Assembly: GCF_009914755.1 (NCBI RefSeq)
Contig: NC_060933.1
Reading direction: 5' to 3' (one strand)
Length of the DNA: 64,000 nt
DNA from: the human T2T-CHM13v2.0 reference genome, Homo sapiens
This document shows positions 15,185 to 29,356 of this stretch, one piece after another. Below the pieces are notes generated by a model. The model saw only the letters and a list, made by a program, of their open reading frames with translations. It did not search any database and was not told where the DNA came from. How positions within the stretch are numbered: position 1 is the first letter of the stretch; each line of letters begins with the position of its first letter. The translations under genes were made by a program, and so were the position numbers.

Positions 15185-16201
15185 TTACAATTTGGCATGT
15201 TTTTACAGTGGCTGGTACCGGTTGTTCCTTTCCATGTTTAGTGCTTCCTTTAGAAGCTCTTGTAGGGCAGGCCTGGTGGTGACAAAATCTCTCAGCATTT
15301 GCTTGTCTGTAAAGTATTTTATTTCTCCTTCACTTATGAAGCTTAGTTTGGCTGGATATGAAATTCTGGGTTGAAAATTCTTTTCTTTAAGAATGTTGAA
15401 TATTGGCCCCCACTCTCTTCTGGCTTGTAGAGTTTCTGCCGAGAGATCCGCTGTTAGTCTGATGGGCTTCCCTTTGTGGGTAACCCGACCTTTCTCTCTG
15501 GCTGCCCTTAACATTTTTTCCTTCATTTCAACTTTGGTGAATCTGACAATTATGTGTCTTGGAGTTGCTCTTCTCGAGGAGTATCTTTGTGGCGTTCTCT
15601 GTATTTCCTGAATTTGAATGTTGGTTTGCCTTACTAGATTGGGGAAGTTCTCCTGGATAATATCCTGCAGAGTGTTTTCCAACTTGGTTCCATTCTCCCC
15701 GTCACGTTCATGTACACCAATCAGACGTAAATTTGGTCTTTTCACATAGTCCTATATTTCTTGGAGGCTTTGTTCATTTCTTTTTATTCTTTTTTCCCTA
15801 AACTTCTCTTCTCGCTTCATTTCATTCATTTGATCTTCCATCACTGATACCCTTTCTTCCAGTTGATCAAATCGGCTAATGAAGCTTGTGCATTTGCCAT
15901 GTAGTTCTTGTGCCATGATTTTCAGCTCCATCAGGTCCTTTAAGGACTTCTCTGCATTGGTTATTCTAGTTAGCCATTCGTCTAATCTTTTTTCAAGGTT
16001 TTTAACTTCTTTGTGTTGGGTTCGAACTTCCTCCTTTAGCTCGGAGAAGTTTGATCGTCTGTAGCCTTCTTCTCTCAACTCATCAAAGTCATTTTCCATC
16101 CAGCTTTGTTCCATTGTTGGTGAGGAGCTGCATTCCTTTGGAGGAGGAGAGGTGCTCTCATTTTTAGAATTTTCAGTTTTTCTGCTCTGTTTTTTCCCCA
16201 T
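15185..16201 (-). pseudogene. L1 ORF1, disrupted by two nonsense changes
   Basis: MGKKQSRK... over 1017 nt without a frameshift; TAG at 15752-15754 (Trp codon in consensus) and TAA at 15203-15205. Confidence 0.95.
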
Positions 16202-16798
16202 CTTTGTGGTTTTATCTACCTTTGGTCTTTGATGATGGTGACATACAGATGGGGTTTTGATGTGGATGCCCTTTCTGTTTGTTAGTTTTCCTTCTAACAG
16301 TCAGGACCCTCAGCTGCATGTCTGTTGGAGTTTGCTGGAGGTCCACTCCAGACCCTGTTTGCCTGGGTATCAGCAGCGGAGGCTGCAGAACAGCGAATAT
16401 TGCTGAACAGCGATTATTGGTGAACAGCAAGTGTTGCTGCCTGATCGTTCCTCTGGAAGTTTCGTCTCAGAGGGGTACCCGGCCGTATGAGGTGTCAGTC
16501 TGCCCCTACTGATGGGTGCCTCCCAGTTAGGCTACTTGGGGGTCAGGGACCCACTTGAGGAGGCAGTCTATCTGTTCTCAGATCTCAAGCTCTGTGCTGG
16601 GAGAACCACTACTCTCTTCAAAGCTGTCAGACAGGGACATTTAAGTCTGCAGAGGTTTCTGCTGCCTTTTGTTCAGCTATGCCCTGCCCCCAGAGGTGGA
16701 GTCTACAGAGGCAGGCAGGCCTCCTTGAGCTGCGGTGGGCTCCACCCAGTTCAAGCTTCCCTTCCTGGAAGCTTTGTTTACCTACTCAAGCCTCAGCA

Positions 16799-17015
16799 AT
16801 GGCGGGCGCCCCTCCCCCAGCCTGGCTGCTGCATTGCAGTTTGATCTCAGACTGCTGTGCTAGCAATGAGTGAGGCTCTGTGGGCATAGGACCCTCTGAG
16901 CCAGGCACGGGATATAATCTCCTGGTGTGCCGTTTGCTAAGACCGTCTGAAAAGCGCAGTATTAGGGTGGGAGTGACCCGATTTTCCAGGTGCCGTTTGT
17001 CCCCTCTTCCCTTGG
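16799..17015 (+). pseudogene. L1 ORF0 (antisense 5'UTR ORF), interrupted
   Basis: MAGAPPPAWLLHCSLISDCCASNE* then in frame ..GIGPSEPGTGYNLLVCRLLRPSEKRSIRVGVTRFSRC, resembling primate ORF0; TGA at 16871-16873. End approximate. Confidence 0.8.
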
Positions 17016-17252
17016 CTAGGAAAGGGAATTCCCTGACCCCTTGCACTTCCCGGGTGAGACGATGCCTTGCCCTGCTTTGGCTCACGCTCGGTGCGCTGCA
17101 CCCACTGTCCTGCACCCACTGTCCGAAAATCCCCAGTGAGAGGAACCCAGTACCTTAGTTGGAAATGCAGAGATCATGCGTCTTCTGCATCGCTCACACT
17201 GGGAGCTGTAGACTGGAGCTGTTCCTATTCGGCCATCTTCCTTTTTTCTTTT

Positions 17253-17542
17253 ATTTATTTATTTATTTTTGAGACAGAGTCTCACTCTGTCTCCCAGGCT
17301 GGAGTGCAGTGGCACAATCTCAGCTCATCACAACCTCTGCCTCCTGTGTTTAAGTGATTCTCCTGCCTCAGCCTCCTGAGTAGCTGGGACTACAGGCGTG
17401 CACCACCACGCCTGGCTAATTTTTGTATTTTTTAGTAGAGACAGGGTTTCACCATGCCGGCGAGGCTGGTTTCGAACTCCTGATCCGCCTGCTTCGGCTT
17501 CCACAGTGCTGCTATTACAGGCAGGAGCCACTACACCCAGCC
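17253..17542 (-). mobile_element. Alu (AluS-like) whose tail is interrupted by the L1
   Basis: (ttta)n tail abuts the L1 5' TSD; the remaining T-rich tail is at 11071-11094. Confidence 0.92.
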
Positions 17543-17614
17543 CTCTTTTTTCATAGTCGTTTATAAAATAACTTGCCTCTTATAATCAATGGAATCTGAG
17601 ATTGTTAAGTATAG
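17543..17614. mobile_element. MER104-like transposon, right half
   Basis: ...ataaaataacttgcctcttataatcaatggaatctgagattgttaagtatag|TA; repeats the internal motif of the left half. Confidence 0.6.
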
Positions 17615-17619
17615 TAATT

Positions 17620-18420
17620 TTATCAGTCAGGGTTCTTTTTCACAAATAATAGAATCCATTCTGGATAAAGCAGAAAAAGGATTTGTTAGAAAAGATTATT
17701 TAGCTCAAAACTGTTAGGAGGGCTGGGGAAATGGACTTGAGGCTAAGATCCTAGAACAACACCCAAATCATACCACACACCTGATGGGGAAACCACAGCC
17801 ATTTCCACTCCGAATACTAAGTACCAAGAGTTCAATTTGACTGCCAATTTTACAAGCTCTATGGCCCTTCTGTGATAGGAACTCAATATTGCAACCACTG
17901 GGAAACCACTGCTGTTGCCGCTACCACCCCCAAAAGCTGGACACTTGTGTTACTACCGGCAACAGCAGAAATCGAAGCTCTGTGTCTAACCTGCTTCCTA
18001 CCTATATCAATCAGGATTGGCTAGGTAACACAGTAGTTACAAACAACCTTCAAATCTTACTGACTTAAAACAAGAAAAAATGTATTGCTTCTTCATGCTA
18101 TAGTTCCAGCATGGGGCAGGGTGGGAGGTGGGGTGGAGAAGTCTGGCTCACTGCGGCCACTCAAGCATCCAGGCTGCTGGAGGCTCCACCATCTTGTGAT
18201 GATGCTGCCTTCTTGACCTTCCTGACATGAGCTTTCAGGGTTTGCTGTGGCAGGAGAAAAAAGTGAGGAGAAGCATACACTGGCTTCTGCTCACATTGCC
18301 TTGATCAAAAGAAACCTCACAGCCATACCTGACATCAAGGGACAGGAGAAGTACAGTCTTTCTGGTACTCAGAAGGAGAGGAGACCCAGAAATATTGGTG
18401 AAGTTTAGTGTTTCCCTCAC
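17620..18420. mobile_element. Old ERVL/MaLR LTR fragments (LTR33/MLT1-like)
   Basis: Starts tatcagtcagggttc... and tatatcaatcaggattggctaggt...acaaacaacc, typical of these LTR termini. Family uncertain. Confidence 0.45.
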
Positions 18421-19186
18421 TCATTTTTCTCACTTCCAAATGGAAGTCTCATGTGGGTGAAGTATCATCCCTGTAAACAATTGTATGTGGTGAATTTCAA
18501 TTCTGACTTACTATACTGAGTAGGCTGGATTTTGAAATGGGAATTTTCCCATATTAAAAAAACTGTATGAAAGGTGAAGGACATCCATGAATACATTTCT
18601 ACTACCATAATCAATACCAGAATTTTACAGAATCATGCTTCTAGAATCTCTAGGTTTACCAAGATGATTCACGGCCTGAGCACACTTTTGGAGCAATTTC
18701 TCTTTTTTAGCTCTATGTCTGGGTCTTTTTCAGTCCATCTGACTATGGCTTGTGGCTTCATAGGAAATCGTAGGCTGGACTAGAAGGGCTGGGATCCTTT
18801 CTTCTTCCACCTGCCCTGGAATGATGCCCTTGCTTCGCCCCATTCCAGTCAATGCACTTTACAATGGGAGGCACCATCACATTTGCCTGGCAAGGTGGGG
18901 AGAAGAAGGGCTTTCCAATGCCGAATCTTCCAGTGTAAGTCATGATTGCTAGGCTCTCACAGTTTCCTAATCAGGGTATTAACATTAGAGAGCAGCAAAT
19001 AACCCAGCTCCTGAAATTCAGCAAGGCACATAATTATCTTACTCCTAGTAATCTGAGGTCAAGGCTGAAACAAATTTCCTTACCCAAGTAAAATGCTTAC
19101 TCTCTTGCCCCCTAACTGTGCACAGACCACCCATTTTGAATAACTCATTTTTGTTGTCTTGACTTTTTATCACCATATTTTCTCTT

Positions 19187-19496
19187 TGTTTTTTGTTTTG
19201 TTTTGTTTTGTTTTTGAGACAGTCTCACTTTGTCACCCAAGCTGGAGTGCAGTGGGGCGATCTCGGCTCGCTGCAACCTCTGCCTCCCGGGTTCAAGCAA
19301 TTCTTCTGCCTCAGCCCTCCCAAGTAGCTGGGATTATAGGTGCCCGCCAACACGCCAGGCTAATTTTTAAATTTTTAGTAGAGGCAGGGTTTCAACATAT
19401 TGGCCAGGCTGGTCTGGAACTCCTGACCTCAAGTCATCCACCTGTCTTGGCCTCCAAAAGTGCTGGGATTACAGGCGTGAGCCACTGCACCCGGCC
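19187..19496 (-). mobile_element. Alu (AluS-like)
   Basis: (gtttt)n tail; TSD-like tat(c/t)accatatttt on both sides. Confidence 0.95.
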
Positions 19497-20602
19497 TATT
19501 ACCATATTTTCAAGTGCTTCAGCTTCAGTCAGCATATGAGCTAAGACATAAGAGACAACAGGTGCTAGTTCAACTAATTGCTTTGCTATGACATAAAAAG
19601 GACTTCCGGGTTCCCAGGCTGGGATTAGGAGATTCTTACTGCCCCTCTACACACCTCGACTTAGTTCCTCACTTTAAGTTCTATCATTTAGAATACTTTG
19701 GTCCTGATACCTGATTTCCTAACTTGAACTAGTTTAGGCAAAGGGGGCATTTATTTTCAGAAAACTATATTGTTTCATAGAGTCCTAGTGCAAGAATATG
19801 GCTGGAACTTGGGAACAACTGGATCTGGCAATCTGAATGTCATCAGGACTCTCTACTGCTCATCTACGTGCCTTTCTGCTTGCTTCCTCTCTCTCCCTCT
19901 CTCTTTGTCTGTCCTTCTCTCTCTCCCTCTCGATCTCTCCCTCCTTCCCTCTTTTCCTTCATCCTTCAACCTCCCTCTCTAGTCTACATAATAATAAACC
20001 CAGCTCCTGACAATTATCAAACTTTGCAGCTTACAACCCAGGTACCCAAGAAGATGTTGGCTCTTTTTCAGTTCCAGCTCCAGCTTATCCTTCTAAGTTT
20101 CAGTTCCATAATTCCTCATGACTTGCTCTCATCAGCCCGGCTTTGGACAGATGCCATTCCCTGCACCAGTAATCTGTTGAGGAGGTCATAAGGCCAGGGC
20201 TTCCATGATAACCACAAGAATGGTTCCCACCAGAAGGGGATGCCTTCCAGACATCACATAAAGGAGTCCACCATGCTAACTTTTATGGATGCAGGGTAAA
20301 GATAAATCTGCAAAGTAGATAAGGAAGGATATGTCAGAGATGCAGAAGGAAAACTGGGGGAGACCATAATTTTAGGGAAGCCAAGAAAGGACAGAGGTTC
20401 GAGAAGGAAGGAAGGGGTCACTACTCCAAAATTTCAAAGACAGTTGAGGTTATTGTAGAAAAGGGACCGTGGGACTTAAGAATAAGGAGGTTCTTGATTA
20501 TCCTGACAAGGAGTAGTTCCAGTGGGCAGTAGGAAATGGAAATGGGGTATGTAGTGAAAGCCAGAGTTTAGTGGTTTCCAGAGTGAGTAAGAGGTAGATA
20601 TA

Positions 20603-20912
20603 GGCTGGGAGCCGTGGCTCATGCCTGTAATCCTAGCACTTTGGAAGGCTGAGGTTGGAGGATCACTTGAGGCCAGGAGTTTGAGACCAGCCTGGGTAAC
20701 ATAGCAAGAACCTGACTCTGCAAAAAATATATATATATAAAAATTAGCCAGGCGTGGTGGTGCACACCTGTAATCCCAGCTACCCAGAAAGCTGATGAGG
20801 GAGGATTGCCTGAGCCTAGGAGTTGGTGACTGCAGTGAGCCATGATCATGCCACTGAACTCCAGCCTGGGTGACAGAGTGAGACTCTGTCTAAAAAAAAA
20901 AAAAGAAAGAAA
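20603..20912 (+). mobile_element. Alu (AluJ-like)
   Basis: Full dimer, A-tail, flanking gtagata repeat. Confidence 0.93.
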
Positions 20913-22065
20913 GTAGATACAACATAGACGATTCTTTCAAGAGAATTGACTGATTGACTGTGAAAATTAGAAGGAAGGAGAATAGATCAGAAAGACATAG
21001 AGTCAGAGGAAGTTTTTTTATTTTAAATAATTTCTTACATGTTTCTGACATGGAATGTTTAAATACTGGTGGGATGGAATCATGAGAAAAGATATAATTG
21101 ATGATAGCTATTTTTGTTAGCTATCTCCCATCTCCCCTGGGCTGGAAGGGCCAGGAACAGGAGATAAGGCCCAGGCTAAAGGTGTGAACCATTTCAACTT
21201 TTTTCCCAAGCCACATTGGAAAGTAGGGCAAAGAGAAGAGGTGCCTGTCCTCAGCACTGGATGAGCCAGGTTGGGGACCAGGGCACACCCAGGGGCCTGG
21301 GATCGTGTGGAGAACAAATGGTCCCAAGGCTGGAGCCAGTCCTCCGCAGTGGGGGAAGGGTGGGCACAGAGCAGCTACATCCAGTGACAGGCAGACTTGC
21401 CACAGGCTCCGATTTCCCCATCTCAAAACCCTGCCTGTCGCTTCCCTGCCCACCTACTACTCAGTGTCCCTGCCTAGCCGCCACCTGTTGTCTCAGCTCC
21501 ACTTTCCCACCCCCCGTCACTCCCCAGCCGCTGCCCCTGCCTTCTGCTCTCACCATCCCTGAAGCTGGCTCACCAAGGTCACTTTCACCTCCTTGTCACT
21601 TCCAGTGAATACCTTTTAGTCCTGATCTATGTTGACTACTTGGCAGCCTTGAGGCTGTTGGTCCTCTTTTGAAACTCTGTCTTCCCGTGTCCTCCATGAA
21701 GCTGTTCTCTCTGGGAACATTTATTCCTCCTCCTAAAACAACAACTCCTTTATTAAGCACCTAGTCTCTGTCGGGGTTTTACATTCATTATAGATAATCC
21801 TCACCTGGATGCAAGACGGGTCCATGAGACAGATGAGGAAACTGAGGCTCAAGGTGGTCAAGGGGTTTTTCTAAGGCCCCATGGCAGCAGGTGATAGAGC
21901 CTGGATTAGAACCGAAATTTGCTGCACTGCCTTCAACTCCAGCTTGTTGTCTCCCTTACCTCTTGGGCCCCTCCTCGGCTTCTTTGGTGGGCTGTGCTCT
22001 CAGCCCCCACCCTCTTCTCCTCACAACTCAAGTGAGCACCTCTGTGTCTGTGGCTTCCATGCCCA

Positions 22066-22399
22066 TTTTTCTTTTTTCTTTTTCTTTCTTTTTTTTTTTT
22101 ATTTGAGACGGAGTCTCGCTCTGTTGCCCAGGCTGGAGTGCAGTGGCGGGATCTGGGCTCAACCTCCACCTTGGCGGCAACCTCTGCCTCCCAGGTTCAA
22201 GCAATTCTTGTGCCTCAGCCTCCCGAGTAGCTGGGATTACAGGCGTGCACCACCACCCCTGGCTAATTTTTGTATTTTTAGTAGAGTCGGGGTTTTACCA
22301 TGTTGGCCAGGCTGGTCTCAAACTCCTGATCTCAAGTTATCAGCCTGCCTCGGCCTCCCAAAGTGCTGGGACTACAGGTGTGAGCCACTGTGCCCAGCC
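22066..22399 (-). mobile_element. Alu (AluS-like)
   Basis: T-tail; TSD-like tgcccattttt on both sides. Confidence 0.93.
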
Positions 22400-22579
22400 A
22401 GTGCCCATTTTTGTGCTGACAATGCTTTCATACTAACCCAGACCTTACTCCCAAGTCCCAGACTGGTATGCGTTGTTGTTGTGGCTGCTGCTATTGTCAT
22501 TAAGAACTAAGATTCATGGAGTGTTTATAACATGGCAGGTACCACGCCAGTTTCTTTATATACATTAAATCCTTACAAC

Positions 22580-22878
22580 GGCTGGGCATGGTGGCTCACG
22601 CCTGTAATCCCAGCACTGTGGGAGGACAAGGCGAGCAGCTTGAGCCCAGGAGTTTGAGATCAGCCTGGGCAACATGGCAAAATCCCGTCTCTACAAAAAA
22701 TACAAATATTAGCCAGGCGTGACGGCACACACTTGTAGTCCCAGCTACTTGGGAGGCTGAGGTGGGAGGATCCCTTGAGTCTGGGAGGCGGAGGTTGCAG
22801 TGAGCCAAGATTTCACTGCACTCCAGCCTGGCTAAGAGTGAGACCCTGTCTGAAAAATGAAATAAAATAAAAAATAAA
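22580..22878 (+). mobile_element. Alu inserted in a MIR
   Basis: TSD aaatccttacaac on both sides. Confidence 0.93.
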
Positions 22879-22959
22879 AATCCTTACAACAACCCTATGA
22901 GGTAGTTACTATTATCAGATTTTCCACTGAAGGAAACTGAGCATTAAAGAGATTAATCA

Positions 22960-23260
22960 GGCTGGGCGCCATGGCTCAGGCCTGTAATGCTAGCACTTTG
23001 GGAGGCCGAGGTGGGCGGATTGCCTGAGCTCAGGAGTTTGAGACCATCCTGGGCTACATGATGAAACCTCGTCTCTACTAAAAATACAAAAAATTAGCTG
23101 GGGGTGGTGGCGCACGCCTGTAATCCCAGCTACTTGGGAAGCTGAGGCACGAGAATTACTTCAAACCAGGAAGTGGAGGTTGCCGTGAGCCAAGATTGCA
23201 CCATTGCACTCCAGCCTGGGTGACAGAGCGAGAAACTGAAAAAAAAAAAAAAAAAAAAAA
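22960..23260 (+). mobile_element. Alu (AluS-like) inserted in the same MIR
   Basis: TSD aaagagattaat on both sides. Confidence 0.93.
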
Positions 23261-24201
23261 GAGATTAATAAACTTGTAAATTTGTCCCAAGGTCAACAGG
23301 AGCCTAGGTTTGTCTGACCCCAGAGTCATTCTCTTAACTGCTATGCTGATTCAGTGTCCTCTCCCAAGAGGTCTTACACTTGACATGTCTGCATCTGAAC
23401 TCATCTGTCCATTGCTTCGTATATGACTATAGGCAAGTGAGTGAATGTCTGAGCCATAGTTGTTCCACTTGCCCAAAGCCTGTCCTCCTCCCATGCTGTT
23501 TCAATAAACAGTCCTGCTGCCTCCCAGTCAACAGGAGCTGTACAAGACTCTTCCTTTTCCCTTCCCTCCCAACCACTCACTCATCAAGACATGGCGACTG
23601 TGTGCTCTAAAAGCCCCATTCTCCCTGCCCTGGGCCTAGTCCTCTCCTGTCCGGACACAGCAAGAGCTGGCTCTCAGGCCTTTCCTATCATTCAAAGAAC
23701 CTTCCTTAGGCCTGCTCATTTTCTCAGCCACCATGGGTCCCACATTCTCTTCCCGCCTAGCCCTACTCTGCACAGCCCCCAGAGCAGTCTTTCCAACACA
23801 CAAAGCTCACCAGGTCTCTCCAGCTCCCTGAACCCCTGATTCTGAGCAAAAGCTCCTGAACCTCAGCCTGGCTTTCAAAGCACAGACTGTGTGGTTCCAC
23901 CTCCCCTGTAGCCACAGCGCCCACCCAACCCTCTCCTGAGCTCAGGAGCACCTGCACCATTGCGGGTCTTCCTGCCCATCCTTCCTCCCGCTCTGCCCTG
24001 CATGGGCAGGGGATGTCCTCTGCCTCTCCACAGTCTCAGCCCCACTCCCCATATGTGTTTTTCTAGTGACACTGCCCAGTGGTAGGCGTGCTAAGGTGTG
24101 CAAAATCAGTAATGTCTATTTTATAAAAACTATATGGTTGTGCAGTAACGTGAATGTGTTTAATGCCATAGAACTGCACACATAATAATGGTTAAAATGG
24201 T

Positions 24202-25090
<889 letters not shown>

Positions 25091-25883
25091 TCAGGGTTCT
25101 AGTCCCTGGAGCGAGTAGATAGGTCATGATTGGGCCCTCTCCTCACCCCATCTTCCCCAGCTTACAGAGGGCCTGGGTATTTTATGCTGTGATCCCCATG
25201 GGCTCTGCTGAGATGCCCCTGTTGGGAGATCAATGTCCAGGAGCCTCCCTTCCTAAGCCCACCCTGCTCCCACTCCTGGGGTACAATTAGGGAGTATTAG
25301 TGGGTCCCCCCTGCCCATGCAACCACAGACTCAGTCTTTTAGTGTGTGTGTCGGGGGGTCTGGATTGCTTCACCTCCTCTCCCTTCGCCTTAGCATAGTC
25401 CTCTCAAGAAGTTTAGGTTTCCAGAAGGTCAGGGTCAGGAAGATGGCTGTGGTTGACTTCAGCTTTGGGCCTGAGATCCTCCCTACAAGAGACAAGGAGA
25501 AAAAAAAAAAAAGCCTGACCAGACCTTCTGCACGAGACAGGAAAGGGAAGATTGTGACTGGAGCAAAACTCAGTTAACATCCTTGTGAGTCATCCTGGCA
25601 CACCAGCTCCTGCAGCAGGCAGTCCAGCCCCTTGAGGGCAGAAATCAAAAGGTGTCCTTCCCTGCATATGCAGACACACACTGACAAACATGCATACATA
25701 CAACCCACAAAGCAGAGACACATACATACAAGCAAAGATGTATGTACAGACAAGCCTACCCACAGACACAGGCCTGCACATAAAAACACATCCACACAGA
25801 AACACACATGATTACACCAACTACACACATACCACATGGCCGGGAAAACACATGAAGAGATTCACAGGCCTCCATCTCTCCCT

Positions 25884-25889
<6 letters not shown>

Positions 25890-25916
<27 letters not shown>

Positions 25917-25917
25917 G
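25890..25917. repeat. (CA)n microsatellite
   Basis: Direct observation. Confidence 0.95.
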
Positions 25918-26446
25918 CAAAGATAAGCCTACCCAGAGTCACTAGTAGGTGTCAACAAATGTGTTCTAGACCAATGACTAAAGGAAGAAGTCAGAGAAGT
26001 CAGAGATAGACACAGATCAGTTTTCTAGAGATTGGAAGAATGTGTGTATATGGAGGAGGACAGACTGGTGGGAGAGAAAGCCAGGTAAACATAGGGAAGG
26101 GAGAGATCCTAGCGCCAAGAAAGGAGGGTCTTGGGTAATTATCAGGCGCCAACCTCTCGCCCAGCCCTCCTTGATTCATCTATGCATTAACAGTTACTGA
26201 GCTGAGTCCTCTGTTGGGCCCCAGGCCTATCCTCACATATGCACAGCCGGGGAGGAAGAGAGACCTGTCCATGAGGAACTATCACACAGACTGGCATGTG
26301 CCACGTTGGGGGATGCACAGCCCAGCCCCACTCTGGGCAGCAGTGGAGGGCAGATGTCAGGGAAACGTGAGTGAAATGTTGAACATGTAGGAGTTGGCTG
26401 GATGAAGGGGATGGATGGGGAGGTCACCTTGGGCCAAGGAAACAGG

Positions 26447-27103
<657 letters not shown>

Positions 27104-27459
27104 AGGGGAGTGGCATATTATCTCACAGTCTTTAAAATGCCCTCCAATTTTGTTATTACCAGGCTGAAGATAAGGAATTGGACGCTCATAGAAGTTAAGT
27201 GATTTGCCTTAGACAGGCAGACAGGTAGATAAATGATAAATGTTTTCTAAAATAGACAAAAGAATACAAAGAAAAATGCAACAAAGCACTCAAAACCTCA
27301 CCACCCAGAAATGATCAGTATTACGTTTTGTAACCATATACATAATACATAAAATTGAGGAGAGAGGTTAGAGAGAGAGCCAGTCAGGTAGAAAAAATAT
27401 CTAAGAATGGGACTGTTCTCATAGTCCTAATGGGATATACTATAGAAACTATTTTTTTA

Positions 27460-27809
<350 letters not shown>

Positions 27810-27926
27810 TTAATAGAGAAAAAAAGAAACTGAAGCGAAAATGGAATAGCTGAAATATTTCTTCACCTTAAAAGAGTAGTCATTCCTAAAAGACCTCTCT
27901 CAAGAGCCATTTCAATTAAGAGATTG

Positions 27927-28260
<334 letters not shown>

Positions 28261-28364
28261 TTACCATTATATTCTAGTTTTATCCCTTTATTGACTTAGC
28301 TATGAACGAAGATGTGATTAGTACTTCTGCTTTCCTTGCTACCTCACCTCTCCATTCCAGACTG

Positions 28365-28797
28365 TGCATATAACTTTCGACTCCCCTGACATTACTAATA
28401 GCCCACTGTTGACGAGAAGCCTTATTAATAACATAAACAATTGATTTGCACATATTTTTTATGTTATATATATTATATACTGTATTCTTAAAATAAAGCT
28501 AGAGAAAAGAAAATATTAAGAAAATGATAAGGAAGAAATAATTTATTAATATTTACTATTCATTAAGTGGAAGTGGATCATCATAAAGGTCTTCATCCTC
28601 GTCTTCATGTTGAGGAGGCTGAGGAGGAGGAGGAAAAGGAGGGGTTGGTCTTGCTGCCTCAGGGGTGGCAGAGGCAGAAGAGGGAGAGGAAGGCAGGAGA
28701 GGCAGGCACTCTTGGTGTAACTTTTATTGATTTTACTTAATCTGTGAATAAGTGGACCTGCACAGTTCAAACTCGTGTTGTTCAAAGGTCAACTGTA
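28365..28797. mobile_element. Tigger2-family DNA transposon fragment
   Basis: Terminal ...agtggacctgcacagttcaaactcgtgttgttcaaaggtcaactg|TA is a Tigger2/MER8-type TIR. Confidence 0.8.
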
Positions 28798-29224
28798 TTT
28801 ACAGTGTTTTGCAACGAAAATTCCCACAGTGTCATCTTCGCTGAAATTGAATTAAGGTTAATTCCTACGTGGAATTAATGTCCCCACCAGTTCTTTACCA
28901 TGAATTTCCCTTCCTCAGCTCCTGACCTTGACTAATCTCTTGGCTGAATGGATTTTGTCTTTTCTGGAAAGGTTCATGAGTACACCATCCCCCAAATTTA
29001 TGATTGAGATCACCCACTCTGTTGGTTACGGTTTAGGGTGACACTTTTTCCCCTCAGAACTCTGTAGATATTGCTTCATTGTCTTCACTTGTCAAATGCT
29101 ACCTTGGAGAAATCTGAGACCAGACTGAATATCCCCCCTTGTAAATAAATGACTTGCTTCTTCTGTCTAGGTGCCTTAAGTATTCTTACTTTAGCCCCAA
29201 AGTTTGGTAACTAAACCAATGTAT

Positions 29225-29356
29225 CTTTTTTCTTTTTTAGACGGAAGGGTCTCACTATGTTGCCCAGGCTGGCCTCAAACTCCTGTGCTCAAGTGATCCT
29301 CCCGCCTAAGTCTCCCAAAGTGGTGGCATTACAGATGTGAGCCACCTCACCCAGCC
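29225..29356 (-). mobile_element. Alu monomer (FLAM-like) within an old L1M fragment
   Basis: Single arm with T-tail; flanking aatgt(a/g)tctt. Confidence 0.8.

Noticed and set aside
21881-22510. 209-aa ORF and other Alu-derived ORFs
   Set aside because: Typical antisense-Alu translations (LECSG..., [10 protein letters not shown]).
22066-23260. Closely spaced inverted Alus as a dsRNA/editing substrate
   Set aside because: Intergenic with no evidence of transcription; a common arrangement.
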